From Bryobacterales bacterium (lineage in GTDB: Bacteria > Acidobacteriota > Terriglobia > Bryobacterales > Bryobacteraceae), in contig CAWITB010000010.1 of assembly GCA_963838885.1 (NCBI GenBank), forward strand, positions 5,389-69,388: DNA of 64,000 bases. Reading direction: 5' to 3'. Shown here piece after piece: positions 1-9,303 of this stretch. Position 1 is the stretch's first letter. Each line of letters starts with the position of its first letter. The position numbers were made by a program, and so were the translations under genes. Below the pieces are notes generated by a model, which worked only from the letters and a program-made list of their open reading frames with translations, was not told the origin of the DNA and ran no database searches.

Positions 1-1
1 C

Positions 2-214
2 GTCGCTTCCGATTGGGTCGATTACGCGCTCGATCAACAGACCGTGACCGGTTCGGGAGGCACAGTCAAGATTTCGAACGCCTATACACAGACTTGGTCG
101 AACGGTCAGGGCCAGTGGTTCCAGACCAATGACCCGAATACGAACCCAAACGGCGTTCTATCCGGGAACTGGACACCACAGACGAAAGTCCACGGAAACG
201 GGACTCCGCAATGA
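2..214 (+). CDS. 3-prime end of an unidentified ORF entering from the left edge (partial)
   Basis: Frame 2 is open from the window edge to TGA 212-214. The stop overlaps the ATG of the next ORF (ATGA). No family recognised. Confidence 0.3.
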   Translation, partial: VASDWVDYALDQQTVTGSGGTVKISNAYTQTWSNGQGQWFQTNDPNTNPNGVLSGNWTPQTKVHGNGTPQ

Positions 215-882
215 GCGCGGCTGCAACTGCCAGCGCACAAGCCGGTGCGCGTAGTGGTTTGAATCGCTGCCTCGCCTTAGTGGTTCGCTACTGGTCTTTC
301 AATATGACGATGGTCCACAACCGGGGCACGGATTGGCCGGGTTTCGGATACAGCAAAGAGGAGAAGGCGGAACTTCAAAATCTCGCCGGGGCCGTTCGCG
401 CCGGCGAATTCTATATCTGGCTGTTCATTTTCGTGGCCATCGCTATTGCAATTTTCGCCGCCACCGCCGCGGCCGGATTTGAATGTCTCCTGAACGCGAT
501 AGGAGGCGAGCAAAACATGGCGCGCACGCCGGAATCCATGTTCTTTCTCATGCTGGCGCTGGTTGCCTTGGCAAGCCTTTCAATCGGATTTCCCGCCGCC
601 ATGTTGCCGGCTTCCGCGCTGACAGGCCGCTTCTACGGCGTCCAGGATTCGGATTTGCCGGATCGTCAAACCACCGCGCACTATTTCCGCAAGCTATGGT
701 TTCAGATCACCCGAATCGCGATTATAGGGGCGGTTGCGCTGTTTGCGATCTGGATATTCGTTCCGGGCGATTCCAAGTATTTCGCCGTGGCAAAGCTCGT
801 GCTTCCACTGTTATCGCCGGCAGCGGCGGCTCTTACAACCGGTTACTATTTTTCCCGCCGCTCGGCCCATTTCGGAAAGTAA
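211..882 (+). CDS. hypothetical integral membrane protein
   Basis: 223-aa ORF with about four long hydrophobic segments (e.g. FYIWLFIFVAIAIAIFAATAAAGF). ATGA coupling to the upstream ORF. The start could be a later Met. Confidence 0.5.
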   Translation: MSAAATASAQAGARSGLNRCLALVVRYWSFNMTMVHNRGTDWPGFGYSKEEKAELQNLAGAVRAGEFYIWLFIFVAIAIAIFAATAAAGFECLLNAIGGEQNMARTPESMFFLMLALVALASLSIGFPAAMLPASALTGRFYGVQDSDLPDRQTTAHYFRKLWFQITRIAIIGAVALFAIWIFVPGDSKYFAVAKLVLPLLSPAAAALTTGYYFSRRSAHFGK

Positions 883-1083
883 CTTCCACGGACCGGTTAT
901 GCTCAACCGCCCGGCAACGTCTTCTCGTCGGCACAGCCGCGTGCTTGCCACTCCCGCCGTCGAGACAATTCGCGTCCGAAACGGCGGCGCAAGCAGGCCG
1001 ATAGCAAGCCAAGCGGCGCCCAAGGTTCGGCCGAAAGGCGCATGTTAAACTGAGATTTCCGCGTCGCGGAGAACTCCCGGATC

Positions 1084-1983
1084 ATGCGTAGTTTTTGTAT
1101 TGCCGTCCTGTCGTGTGGATTCGCATTTGCCCAACTGCCGCAAGTGCCGCAGTTACCCCAACAGGCGGCCGTTCCCGACGACAAGATCGTGGCTACGATC
1201 GACGGCAAGCAATATACCGCGGGCCAGATTCGCGCGATGGAGACCGGTTTACCGCCGCAGGCTCAACAGGCATTCGCATTGAATCCGGCGGTGGCCTTGC
1301 AGCAGCTTTTCATGACCAAGCATCTCGCCCAAGAGGCCGAGAAGCAGCAGGTCGACAAGGAATCTCCATACAAAGAACAGCTCGAGTATCAGCGGGAATT
1401 CTTTCTGGCTACGACCGAGATCAACAAGTACGCGAACGCCGGAATCGTACACGACGAAGATCAGGAGAAATATTATAAGGACCATCCCGAGGAGTTCGAG
1501 CAGGCCAAGGTGCGCGTGATTTATGTCCCGTTCAGTGGCGGGCAGGTCAAATCGGAGAAAAAGGTATTAACCGAAGCCGAGGCGAAGTCCAAGGCGCAGG
1601 ATTTGCGCAAGCGGTTAGAAGCCGGCGCGGATTTCGCGCAACTCGCGCGCGAAAATTCGGAAGACAAGGAGTCAGCGGCCAAGGGTGGAGAGTGGGGCCT
1701 GATCAAGCGCAGCAGCAGCTTGCCCGAGGATGTCAAGACCACCGTGTTCGCGTTGAAGCCCGGCCAGGTCAGTGAGCCGCTGAAGGAGGCGAACGGGTTT
1801 TATCTGATTAAGTTAGACGAGTTCTCGAAGCAGCCCTACAACGAGGTTTCCGCGCAGATCGCCGACAAGCTGCGGCAGGAGCGGCTGCAAAATTTCATGA
1901 AAGATCTGCAGAAGCGCTTCACCGTGAAAGTGGAGAATCCCGATTTCTTTCCGCGTCAGTCCACCGCTCCGGCCTCTCGCTGA
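1084..1983 (+). CDS. secreted peptidyl-prolyl cis-trans isomerase, parvulin (SurA/PrsA-like)
   Basis: N-terminal signal peptide (MRSFCIAVLSCGFAFAQ). C-terminal parvulin-type rotamase region (ADFAQLARENSED...GGEWGLIKRSSLPEDV...GQVSEPLKEANGFYLIKL). Confidence 0.8.
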   Translation: MRSFCIAVLSCGFAFAQLPQVPQLPQQAAVPDDKIVATIDGKQYTAGQIRAMETGLPPQAQQAFALNPAVALQQLFMTKHLAQEAEKQQVDKESPYKEQLEYQREFFLATTEINKYANAGIVHDEDQEKYYKDHPEEFEQAKVRVIYVPFSGGQVKSEKKVLTEAEAKSKAQDLRKRLEAGADFAQLARENSEDKESAAKGGEWGLIKRSSSLPEDVKTTVFALKPGQVSEPLKEANGFYLIKLDEFSKQPYNEVSAQIADKLRQERLQNFMKDLQKRFTVKVENPDFFPRQSTAPASR

Positions 1984-2038
1984 CGCGCTGGCGGCGCGCT
2001 TCCCGCGGATTGAAGGGCGGCCGATCCGGGTACGCTTT

Positions 2039-2506
2039 TTGCCCTCGCTGACGGCTTCGCGCGGCGGCTTGCATTCGAAATCCGGGCGCGGCGAGCCGGT
2101 GCATGCGGGGTCTTTCATTCGCAGCCGCGAGGTGGTGCTCGATGCGGCGCTGCGCTCCGATCCGCGCGAATTGTCCCGGATTTTCGTTCACGAGATTTTT
2201 CACTTTGTTTGGGTCAGGCTCGGTAACCCGACGCGGCGCTCCTACGAAGAATTGCTACGCGGGGAACTGGCCGGGGGGGCGCGCGGCGAACTGGGGTGGT
2301 CCGCTGAAGCAGCGAAAAAGCGGCTTCAGCAAGCCTCGCACGGCGTCCTTTGGCGCGGTTACGCGTGTGAAAGCTTCTGCGATACGGCGGCGTTCTTATA
2401 TTCCCGCTGCAAGCGGCACGAGGAGTTTACCCTGGCCTCCAAGTGGCGGCACAAACGCGCTCGCTGGTTTTCCGACTCTTTGGGGCGGCGCTCTCTCTCG
2501 ATATAA
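2039..2506 (+). CDS. hypothetical protein with HExxH (HEIFH) metallopeptidase-like motif
   Basis: 155-aa ORF whose first canonical start in frame is TTG 2039. Contains the motif IFVHEIFHFVW. No confident family assignment. Confidence 0.4.
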   Translation: MPSLTASRGGLHSKSGRGEPVHAGSFIRSREVVLDAALRSDPRELSRIFVHEIFHFVWVRLGNPTRRSYEELLRGELAGGARGELGWSAEAAKKRLQQASHGVLWRGYACESFCDTAAFLYSRCKRHEEFTLASKWRHKRARWFSDSLGRRSLSI

Positions 2507-2526
2507 TTAATGGAGGAAGCTTTCCC

Positions 2527-3096
2527 ATGCCATCCTTATGCCGTAGTCTGTCGAGCGCCGCGGTTATATGCGTGTTTCTGGCGGGCTGTTCGAGACATCC
2601 CACCCTGCATAAGGACCGCAAGGAAGCGCCCGATTTCGCGCTCAAAGACGTGAACGGAAAGACCGTCCATCTCTCCGACTATAAGGGCAAGGTGGTGCTG
2701 CTCGATTTCTGGGCTACCTGGTGCGGCCCCTGCAAAATCGAGATTCCGTGGTTCATCGATTTCGAGCAGGAATACAAAAACAAAGGCTTCGCGGTGGTGG
2801 GCGTCTCCATGGACGAGGGCGGCTGGGACGCCGTGAAGCCTTTTATTCAACAGGAAAAGATGAATTACCGCGTCTTGCTCGGCGATGAGGACGTTGGACA
2901 GAAATATGGAGGCCTTGATTCGTTGCCTACGACGCTGCTGATCGACCGTTCCGGAAAGATCGCGGCTGTACACGTTGGCGTTGAAAAAGGCAAGAATGAA
3001 TTACGGGATGAAATCAGCTACCTGCTGGAAGGCGAGAGTGCCGCTAACCGCCGCGCTCTTTCTCCTGGTCCTGCCCTCATTACGAGCGCAAAATAG
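2527..3096 (+). CDS. TlpA/ResA-family thiol:disulfide oxidoreductase, probable lipoprotein
   Basis: Thioredoxin-fold motif FWATWCGPCKIEIPW. Lipobox-like FLAGC after ATG 2527, which follows GGAGGA. The longer track ORF from 2443 is probably over-extended. Confidence 0.85.
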   Translation: MPSLCRSLSSAAVICVFLAGCSRHPTLHKDRKEAPDFALKDVNGKTVHLSDYKGKVVLLDFWATWCGPCKIEIPWFIDFEQEYKNKGFAVVGVSMDEGGWDAVKPFIQQEKMNYRVLLGDEDVGQKYGGLDSLPTTLLIDRSGKIAAVHVGVEKGKNELRDEISYLLEGESAANRRALSPGPALITSAK

Positions 3097-3493
3097 CAGC
3101 GTGGTTACCGTCGCGCCGCTCCAAAAAGCGCGCGTCAAGCGGAGCGAGGAGTTCACGGAGAAACTGGCTGTTCAGGTGAAGCCGGGTTTTCACGTCAACA
3201 GCAATGCGCCCGAAGACGAGTACCTCATTCCACTGCGGCTTACCTGGAGCGGCCCGTTGCAGGCCGAAAACATCGAGTTCCCGAAAGCGGAGCGCATCAA
3301 ATCCTCGTTTTCCGCCAAGCCGCTCGCCGTTTATACCGGCGCATTCGAGATCGCGACGAAATTCAAAGTTCCGGGCGACGCTCCGGCGGGTCCCAATCTC
3401 GCGACCGGCAAGCTTCGTTATCAGGCCTGCAACGATCGCGAATGTCTCGCTCCGAAAACAATCGAAGTAAATCTGTCGCTCGACATAAAATAG
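3008..3493 (+). CDS. DsbD N-terminal-domain-like (DsbC/DsbD_N family) secreted protein
   Basis: Signal peptide MKSATCWKARVPLTAALFLLVLPSLRAQ. C-terminal YQACNDRECLAPK resembles the conserved Cys pair of DsbD-alpha-type domains. Adjacent to the TlpA-like gene. Confidence 0.6.
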   Translation: MKSATCWKARVPLTAALFLLVLPSLRAQNSSVVTVAPLQKARVKRSEEFTEKLAVQVKPGFHVNSNAPEDEYLIPLRLTWSGPLQAENIEFPKAERIKSSFSAKPLAVYTGAFEIATKFKVPGDAPAGPNLATGKLRYQACNDRECLAPKTIEVNLSLDIK

Positions 3494-3502
3494 ATTCGCG
3501 TA

Positions 3503-4450
3503 TTATTTCGGCTCCGTGCCCCTCAGAATGATCGCCTCCTCCTCGGCGCGCGTGTCGTTCAGGAAGGTTCCGCAGCCGCTCTCGACGCCGGCCAGATATT
3601 TCAGCTTCGTGGCGCTGCGCTGAATCGGCAAGAAGTCGATGTGGAAATGAAAATAGGGATGGCCGCCCTTGGGGGGGCTTTGGCGTAGCATCATCATCAG
3701 CGGCATGGGAGAGCCGTACAGGTTGTCGTATTTCTTCCGTACCGCGCTGAGAATCGATGCCAAGTCGTGCGCCTCGGCTTCGTCCATCGCCGCGAGCGTT
3801 TGAAAATGACGCCGCGCGCAGAGCTGCATTTCGGTCGGAAAGCGGCCAAAAAATGGCAGAAAAGCCACGAAACTGTCGTTGGTTAGCACGATGCGGCGGC
3901 CGTCCTTCATCTCCCGCGCGAGAATGTCGCAATAGATGCAGCGCCCTTGCGCAGCCTTGTAATCCAGGGCCGACTTCAACTCCACCTCGATCAGCGGAGG
4001 GATGAAGGGAAAGCCGTAGATCTGCCCGTGAGGGTGCGGCATGGTGACGCCGATCGCAACGCCGGTGTTTTCGAACACCGCGACGTATTCGATTTCGGGG
4101 TTTGCGAAGAGCTCTTGGGTGCGCTGCGTCCACAGCCCGATCACTTTCAGCCATTGATCGACCGTAAGCTGCGATGGGAGCAGATTGTGATTGGGCGAGT
4201 ACAGCAAAACATCCTGCGTCCCTCGCGCGCCGGTGGTGCAGAAGAGCCCGGTTTCGGGGGAGAACGGCGCGGCTTCTTCGGTAAACGCGGGGAAGTCGTT
4301 GGGATACAGGTAAACGTCGTATTCATCGGGGACGCGTCCCGATCCGGGATCGAACGGACACCAGTCGCGCGGCATCTGCGGCCGGTCCTGCCGGTTGGCC
4401 GCCACCGCGACCCATTGCCGCAGCAAGGGATGCCAACGCAGCTCGCTCAC
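3503..4450 (-). CDS. galT: galactose-1-phosphate uridylyltransferase
   Basis: HIT-family His-Pro-His active-site motif (VTMPHPHGQIYGFPFIPP). N-terminus VSELRWHPLLRQWVAVAANRQDRP is typical of GalT. Start placed at GTG 4450, 4 nt after the upstream stop. Confidence 0.85.
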   Translation of the reverse strand: MSELRWHPLLRQWVAVAANRQDRPQMPRDWCPFDPGSGRVPDEYDVYLYPNDFPAFTEEAAPFSPETGLFCTTGARGTQDVLLYSPNHNLLPSQLTVDQWLKVIGLWTQRTQELFANPEIEYVAVFENTGVAIGVTMPHPHGQIYGFPFIPPLIEVELKSALDYKAAQGRCIYCDILAREMKDGRRIVLTNDSFVAFLPFFGRFPTEMQLCARRHFQTLAAMDEAEAHDLASILSAVRKKYDNLYGSPMPLMMMLRQSPPKGGHPYFHFHIDFLPIQRSATKLKYLAGVESGCGTFLNDTRAEEEAIILRGTEPK

Positions 4451-4454
4451 GATT

Positions 4455-5099
4455 TCAGGATAGCCCGCTGCTCGTGGAGGTCGCGAGATGCAGCCACGCC
4501 GCCACCGCCGCAAGCTTCTGGTCCGCGGTCCAGGGCGGCCCCGCGAGTTTGCCCATCTCCGCGATGCGCCGGTCGAGCGACTCGCGAGATACTTGCAGCG
4601 CCGCGGCTGCATGGTCGTATACTTCACGTTCCCGCGTCGCGGTGATCGCGAGATTACATTGGCCCGCCGCGTAGCGCAATGCCTCGCGATAGAGCTCGCC
4701 TTCGGCGGTGTGAATCAACGCATGGGAAGCGAGCGTTGAGGCAAGAGGGCCGAGTGCACGTCCGGACGACATGAGGATTGCGCAGCCGGCCGGGTCGTAT
4801 GCATCCAACTCATCGAGCACGAGCCGCAGCGCGCGCAACGCCAGCGATTCCGATTCCCTGCGTGCGAGTCCAACCAGCGCTTCCGCTTCCGGTAAAGGTA
4901 AATGCTCCGCCGCGTGATACGGCTGCCGCGGGCATGCGTCGATGAGGGTGATGCGGCGCTTGAGGACGAACTCCGGGGACCGAGCCGGGCCCGCGAGGAC
5001 AACGAGGGCCGCCCATCCAGAATGGGCCCGCACGCCCACTGCGGCTTTAGCGCCGCTCGCTTTAGCGCCGCCCACTTTAGCGCCGTGCCCAATATTCAT
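4455..5099 (-). CDS. hypothetical protein
   Basis: 214-aa ORF in an operon-like array between the VWFA gene and galT. N-terminal GAKVGGAKASGAKAA is encoded by a 15-nt x3 repeat. No family recognised. Confidence 0.4.
   Translation of the reverse strand: MNIGHGAKVGGAKASGAKAAVGVRAHSGWAALVVLAGPARSPEFVLKRRITLIDACPRQPYHAAEHLPLPEAEALVGLARRESESLALRALRLVLDELDAYDPAGCAILMSSGRALGPLASTLASHALIHTAEGELYREALRYAAGQCNLAITATREREVYDHAAAALQVSRESLDRRIAEMGKLAGPPWTADQKLAAVAAWLHLATSTSSGLS
5045..5089. repeat. 15-nt x3 tandem repeat (CTTTAGCGCCGnnnn)
   Basis: Three consecutive 15-nt units read directly from the sequence. In frame within the 5-prime end of the 4455..5099 ORF. Confidence 0.8.
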
Positions 5100-6039
5100 C
5101 GCGCGCCTGAACCACCAGCCCCTTCTGCCGGGTTGTCAGCTGGATCTTCCGGAATTCCGAATTGCGCACGGGCACATCGGAAACATAGCCGATGCTGTAC
5201 TGACTACGCAGCTCGTCCTGAATGCGCTCGAAGATGCGGTCCAGAGGTTGCGACCGCGATACCTCGAAAAATCCGCCTCCAGTCTCTCGCGAAATCCGCG
5301 TCAGAACTCCCCTTCCGTCGGGACCGAGACGTCCCAGGATGGGGACACCGTAGGCGTTGGGATCGGAGAACAGGATGGAATAGACGAGCGTGTCGGCCCG
5401 TTGCGCCGCCTCGACGGCGGCGTTCAGAGGCGATTCGCTGCCGGTATCGACGCCGTCCGTGATGAGGATCTCGGCCTTACGGCCGGTCTGCTTTTCCATG
5501 ATGTCCCGCGATGCGTTCAGGATGGCGTCGTAGAGCAGAGTGCCGCCTCCCATTTGGCCCTCCAGCTCGCGTCTGGTGGGCGTGTCGACGAACGCGAGCG
5601 CATCGTCAAGATCGCGGAACGACGACGTGAGATCCTGCTTCAACTGCACCGCCATATCGAATTGCATGATGAAGACGCGATCCTTGGGCGGCCGCAGCAC
5701 CTGTTCGAGAAACCGCGAGCAGGCGCCGCGCTCCGCGTCCATGACGCGCCGCTGGCTCATGCTGGTGTCCACCATTAGGCCGAGCGTTAGCGGCAAGTCC
5801 GATTCGCGCGAGAAATATCGGATCGATTGCGGCCGTCCGTTTTCAAGTACCGAGAAATCATCCTTGTTGAGATCTCGGATGAGCTCGCCCTTTTTGGTTC
5901 TTACGGTCGCGAAGACGCTGACGACCTTGACTTCGGTCGAAAATGTCGGCTGTTCCTGCGCCCGCAGCAACCGCTTGGCGCACAGCAAAGAAGCCGTCGC
6001 GCTAAGGAATTGCCGTCTGCTCTCAGGATGGAACTGCAT
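5077..6039 (-). CDS. VWA domain protein, acidobacterial VWFA-related family (TIGR03436-like)
   Basis: Paralogous to the 25279 and 34643 genes. Shares the N-terminal beta-sandwich-like part (FSTEVKVVSVFATVRTKKGELIRDLNKDDFSVLENGRPQSIRYF) and a VWA core (LTLGLMVDTSMSQ...ILITDGVDTGS). Start placed at Met 6039 (MQFHPESRRQFL). Confidence 0.75.
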   Translation of the reverse strand: MQFHPESRRQFLSATASLLCAKRLLRAQEQPTFSTEVKVVSVFATVRTKKGELIRDLNKDDFSVLENGRPQSIRYFSRESDLPLTLGLMVDTSMSQRRVMDAERGACSRFLEQVLRPPKDRVFIMQFDMAVQLKQDLTSSFRDLDDALAFVDTPTRRELEGQMGGGTLLYDAILNASRDIMEKQTGRKAEILITDGVDTGSESPLNAAVEAAQRADTLVYSILFSDPNAYGVPILGRLGPDGRGVLTRISRETGGGFFEVSRSQPLDRIFERIQDELRSQYSIGYVSDVPVRNSEFRKIQLTTRQKGLVVQARDEYWARR

Positions 6040-6092
6040 TGCTCCGACCTTTGGCACGCCGCTTGCACTGCATGAAGCGAGGAAACAAGGGT

Positions 6093-6380
6093 ATGCGTAA
6101 GTCGATTTTATCATTCAGCCTGGCGGCTTCAATGTTGTTCAGCACGGTTGCCCCGGTCACCGCTAATGCCGCGACGTATCACTCTTACCGGCGGCACAGC
6201 CGATATTACCGGCACAAAGCGCGTAGAAAAACCGTCAAGCGCGTTGGCGTGGGCGCCGCAGGAGGCGCGGTAGTAGGCGGATTGTTAGGGGGCGGCAAGG
6301 GCGCTGCTATCGGAGCGGCTGCTGGAGGCGGCGCCGGCTACGCATATGACCGGCACAAGAAGGCCGAAGGCAAGCCGTAG
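6093..6380 (+). CDS. small secreted glycine-zipper protein
   Basis: Signal peptide, then a basic stretch, then GVGAAGGAVVGGLLGGGKGAAIGAAAGGGAGYAY (glycine-zipper-like). ATG 6093 follows GAGGAA. Confidence 0.55.
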   Translation: MRKSILSFSLAASMLFSTVAPVTANAATYHSYRRHSRYYRHKARRKTVKRVGVGAAGGAVVGGLLGGGKGAAIGAAAGGGAGYAYDRHKKAEGKP

Positions 6381-6806
6381 TCAGCTTTCCAGCTTCGAAT
6401 TCAGCGTGATGTTCGTTTTATAGAGTTTCGATACCGGACAGCCGCTCTTGGCTTCCTGCACGGCCTTGTTGAAAACTTCCTGAGATGCTCCTGGAACGCG
6501 GGCCCGCAGTTCCAGATGGCTTTCGGTAATTCCAAACCCACCCTCTGTTTTGTCCAGCGTGATCGTGCATTCGGTCTCGATAGAATCGGCTTTCAACCCA
6601 GCTTGCGCGAGTTGATTCGATAACGCCATTGAAAAACAGCCGGCGTGCGCGGCGGCCAACAACTCCTCGGGATTCGTCCCTTGGCCTTGCTCAAACCGCG
6701 TCTGAAAAGAGTATTTCGAATTGGACAACGTTCCACTCGCGGTCGACATAGTCCCGCTTCCCGATTTCAAATCGCCCTTCCACTGCGCACTCGCTTTTCT
6801 TTGCAT
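6381..6806 (-). CDS. osmC: OsmC family peroxiredoxin
   Basis: 141 aa with the characteristic OsmC layout and two conserved Cys contexts (AAAHAGCFSMAL and AKSGCPVSK). Confidence 0.85.
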   Translation of the reverse strand: MQRKASAQWKGDLKSGSGTMSTASGTLSNSKYSFQTRFEQGQGTNPEELLAAAHAGCFSMALSNQLAQAGLKADSIETECTITLDKTEGGFGITESHLELRARVPGASQEVFNKAVQEAKSGCPVSKLYKTNITLNSKLES

Positions 6807-6880
6807 CGAGATTCCTCCTCTCTTCTAAGATACGTGAGCATCGCGACGGCTGCCGCGTTTGATATCCTTTACGAGTCTCA

Positions 6881-8179
6881 ATGACTCCAACGGGCGCGGC
6901 ACGGCGGCAGGAAGCGATCGGGCGAAGCGCGGTTCGCCGTATCAACCGGCGAATCATGCCGTTCCTTTTTCTGCTTTACATCGTCGCGTTCCTCGATCGC
7001 GTCAACGTGGGCTACGCGGGCCTTGAAATGACGCGCGAACTGCACTTCTCGAACGCCGTGTTCGGCTTCGGCTCCGGGATTTTCTTCATTGGTTACGTCC
7101 TGCTCGAAATTCCCGGGACGCTGATCGTGGAGGTGTGGAGCGCGCGCAAGTGGATCGCGCGCATCATGATCTCCTGGGGCCTCCTTGCCGGGCTCACGGG
7201 TCTTGTCCACACGGCGCACCAGTTCTATTGGGCGCGATTTTTTCTGGGTGTGGCGGAAGCGGGTTTTTTCCCCGGCGTGATCGTCTATCTCACGCACTGG
7301 TATTGCAGCGCCGATCGCGCCAAAGCAATCGCCATGTTCATGTCGGCGATCCCTCTCTCGCAGGTCGTCGGAGCTCCAATTTCCGCGGCGCTCATGCAGA
7401 TTCATTGGCTCGGCTGGTCGGGATGGCGCTGGTTGCTGATCCTCGAAGGCGCGCCCGCGATCGTCTTGGGCATCGTGACGCTTTTCTATCTGACGGATCG
7501 CCCGCAGCAGGCGCACTGGCTTGCGGCGGAGGAGCGCGATTGGCTTGCTCGCGAGCTCGAAAGGGAAGAGCGCGCCAAGGCCGCTGGTGGCCATGTCGGC
7601 ATCTGGCGTGCCCTCGGCAACCGCAACGTCCTTCTTCTCACGCTGTCATATTTCTGCGGCTCGACGGTGCAATACGGCTTTGGCCTGTGGCTTCCCAAGA
7701 TCTTTCAGAAGCTCTCGGGATTGAGTCCATTCGCGGTAACTCTGTTGACGGCGATTCCGTATGTGGCGGCTTGGCCCGCAATGCTTGCCCTCGGTTGGCA
7801 CTCCGACCGCACCGGCGAGCGCAGGCTGCATGTTGCGGGCGCATTGACGGTCGCCGGTCTCGCTCTGCTCGCAAGCCAATACGCGGGATCAAGTGTCGTC
7901 CTAGGCGTCGCGGCGTTCACCCTGGCCGCCATGGCCATCAACGGCCGGCTCCCCTGTTTTTGGCCGCTCCCCGCCGCGTTGCTCGGCGGAACTTCCGCGG
8001 CCGCGGCTATCGGAGCCATCAATTGCATCGGCAACACCGGCGGCTTCGTCGGTCCTTATATCATGGGCTTCCTGAGCTCCGCCGCGCACGGCTACACTGC
8101 CGGAGTCGCGTTCCTGATTGGATCCGCCTTCGTGGGCGCGGCGGCCGTTCTGTTCGTGCGAAAGCCGCAGCACCCTTAG
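6881..8179 (+). CDS. MFS transporter (anion:cation symporter-like)
   Basis: 432 aa with about 12 hydrophobic segments. N-terminal FLDRVNVGYA and loop motifs typical of ACS-type MFS permeases. Confidence 0.8.
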   Translation: MTPTGAARRQEAIGRSAVRRINRRIMPFLFLLYIVAFLDRVNVGYAGLEMTRELHFSNAVFGFGSGIFFIGYVLLEIPGTLIVEVWSARKWIARIMISWGLLAGLTGLVHTAHQFYWARFFLGVAEAGFFPGVIVYLTHWYCSADRAKAIAMFMSAIPLSQVVGAPISAALMQIHWLGWSGWRWLLILEGAPAIVLGIVTLFYLTDRPQQAHWLAAEERDWLARELEREERAKAAGGHVGIWRALGNRNVLLLTLSYFCGSTVQYGFGLWLPKIFQKLSGLSPFAVTLLTAIPYVAAWPAMLALGWHSDRTGERRLHVAGALTVAGLALLASQYAGSSVVLGVAAFTLAAMAINGRLPCFWPLPAALLGGTSAAAAIGAINCIGNTGGFVGPYIMGFLSSAAHGYTAGVAFLIGSAFVGAAAVLFVRKPQHP

Positions 8180-8183
8180 CGAT

Positions 8184-8786
8184 ATGCCCCGCTTGCCGAT
8201 TGAACATCCGGCCGCATGGGCGCTACTCATCTTGTCTTTGGTGTGCGTTGCGCTGGCGCTTGTACTTTCGCGCATCCGGCACGAAAGCGCGCGCGCCATC
8301 TACAAAAAGCATTTCGCTTCGAATCGCCCCCGCGAGCGGGTGCTGTTCGCCTCCATCGGATTTTATATCGCATTCGCGACCGTGCGAGTCATAACGCACG
8401 CCATTCACGCCGGGCGAGGTCCCTTCCGCGACGTATCCATGGGCGGCCGCCATATTCATCATCTGGTTTGGGGCATCCTGCTCCTTTTGCTGGTCGGTTA
8501 TTGCTGGCTTTTCCAACCCTCCGTACATCATCCCCGCACCGTGAGCCGCATCCTTTCGTTTTTTTATGGCGTCGGATCGGCCCTCACGCTGGATGAATTC
8601 GCGCTGTGGCTGAACCTGCGTGATGTCTACTGGGAACGCCAGGGCCGCGCCAGCGTGGACGCCGTCCTGCTGTTTGGCGCGCTCCTGTCGATCAGTTTCT
8701 TCGGCGGGCGGTTCTTCCACGAGCTGATCGAGGAAGCCCTGGGCAGAAGGCATCGCCAACCCGCGGGCGCTGGGCCGGTAAAATAA
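8184..8786 (+). CDS. hypothetical membrane protein
   Basis: ATG 8184 gives MPRLPIEHPAAWALLILSLVCVALALVL plus further TM segments. No family recognised. Confidence 0.5.
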   Translation: MPRLPIEHPAAWALLILSLVCVALALVLSRIRHESARAIYKKHFASNRPRERVLFASIGFYIAFATVRVITHAIHAGRGPFRDVSMGGRHIHHLVWGILLLLLVGYCWLFQPSVHHPRTVSRILSFFYGVGSALTLDEFALWLNLRDVYWERQGRASVDAVLLFGALLSISFFGGRFFHELIEEALGRRHRQPAGAGPVK

Positions 8787-8790
8787 CGGC

Positions 8791-9303
8791 TTGGGCCAAT
8801 TCTATACGCGGGAATGCCTCATCGAAATGCGCGCACAATGGCGGCGCGAAGGCAAAGCGGTGGTGTTCACGAACGGCTGCTATGATATTCTGCATCCCGG
8901 TCACATCCGCCTGCTCGAGAGCGCCCGCTCGCTTGGCGACATTCTGATTTTGGCGCTGAATAGCGATGCCAGCGTGCAACGGATCAAGGGACCATCGCGC
9001 CCACTGATTCAAGAAGACGAGCGCGCCGAGCTCGCCTGCGCTCTCCAGGCGGTCGATGCCGTCACATTTTTCGGCGAGGACACGCCGCGCGAGCTGATCG
9101 CCGCCGTGCTTCCCGACATCCTGGTCAAGGGGGCCGATTGGGCGCACTTCATTGCCGGGCGTGAAGAGGTCGAAGCCGCCGGGGGCAAGGTGATGGCTCT
9201 GCCGCTTGAGCCGGGCTATTCCACCAGCGGCATTGTGGAGGAGATTCTGGCGCGCGCCGGAGGCGACTGCACTAATGAGTCATGGCATAGACGACGTAGT
9301 TGA
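8791..9303 (+). CDS. rfaE2: D-glycero-beta-D-manno-heptose 1-phosphate adenylyltransferase (RfaE domain II type cytidylyltransferase)
   Basis: FTNGCYDILHPGHIRLLE (HxGH nucleotidyltransferase motif) and LNSDASVQRIKGPSRPLIQEDERAE are typical of stand-alone RfaE/HldE C-terminal domain proteins. TTG start. Confidence 0.8.
   Translation: MGQFYTRECLIEMRAQWRREGKAVVFTNGCYDILHPGHIRLLESARSLGDILILALNSDASVQRIKGPSRPLIQEDERAELACALQAVDAVTFFGEDTPRELIAAVLPDILVKGADWAHFIAGREEVEAAGGKVMALPLEPGYSTSGIVEEILARAGGDCTNESWHRRRS

Noticed and set aside
5045-5089. The short tandem repeats (also 39681-39725) as a possible CRISPR array.
   Set aside because: The units are contiguous 15-mers without spacers, there are only three of them, and no cas genes are present.
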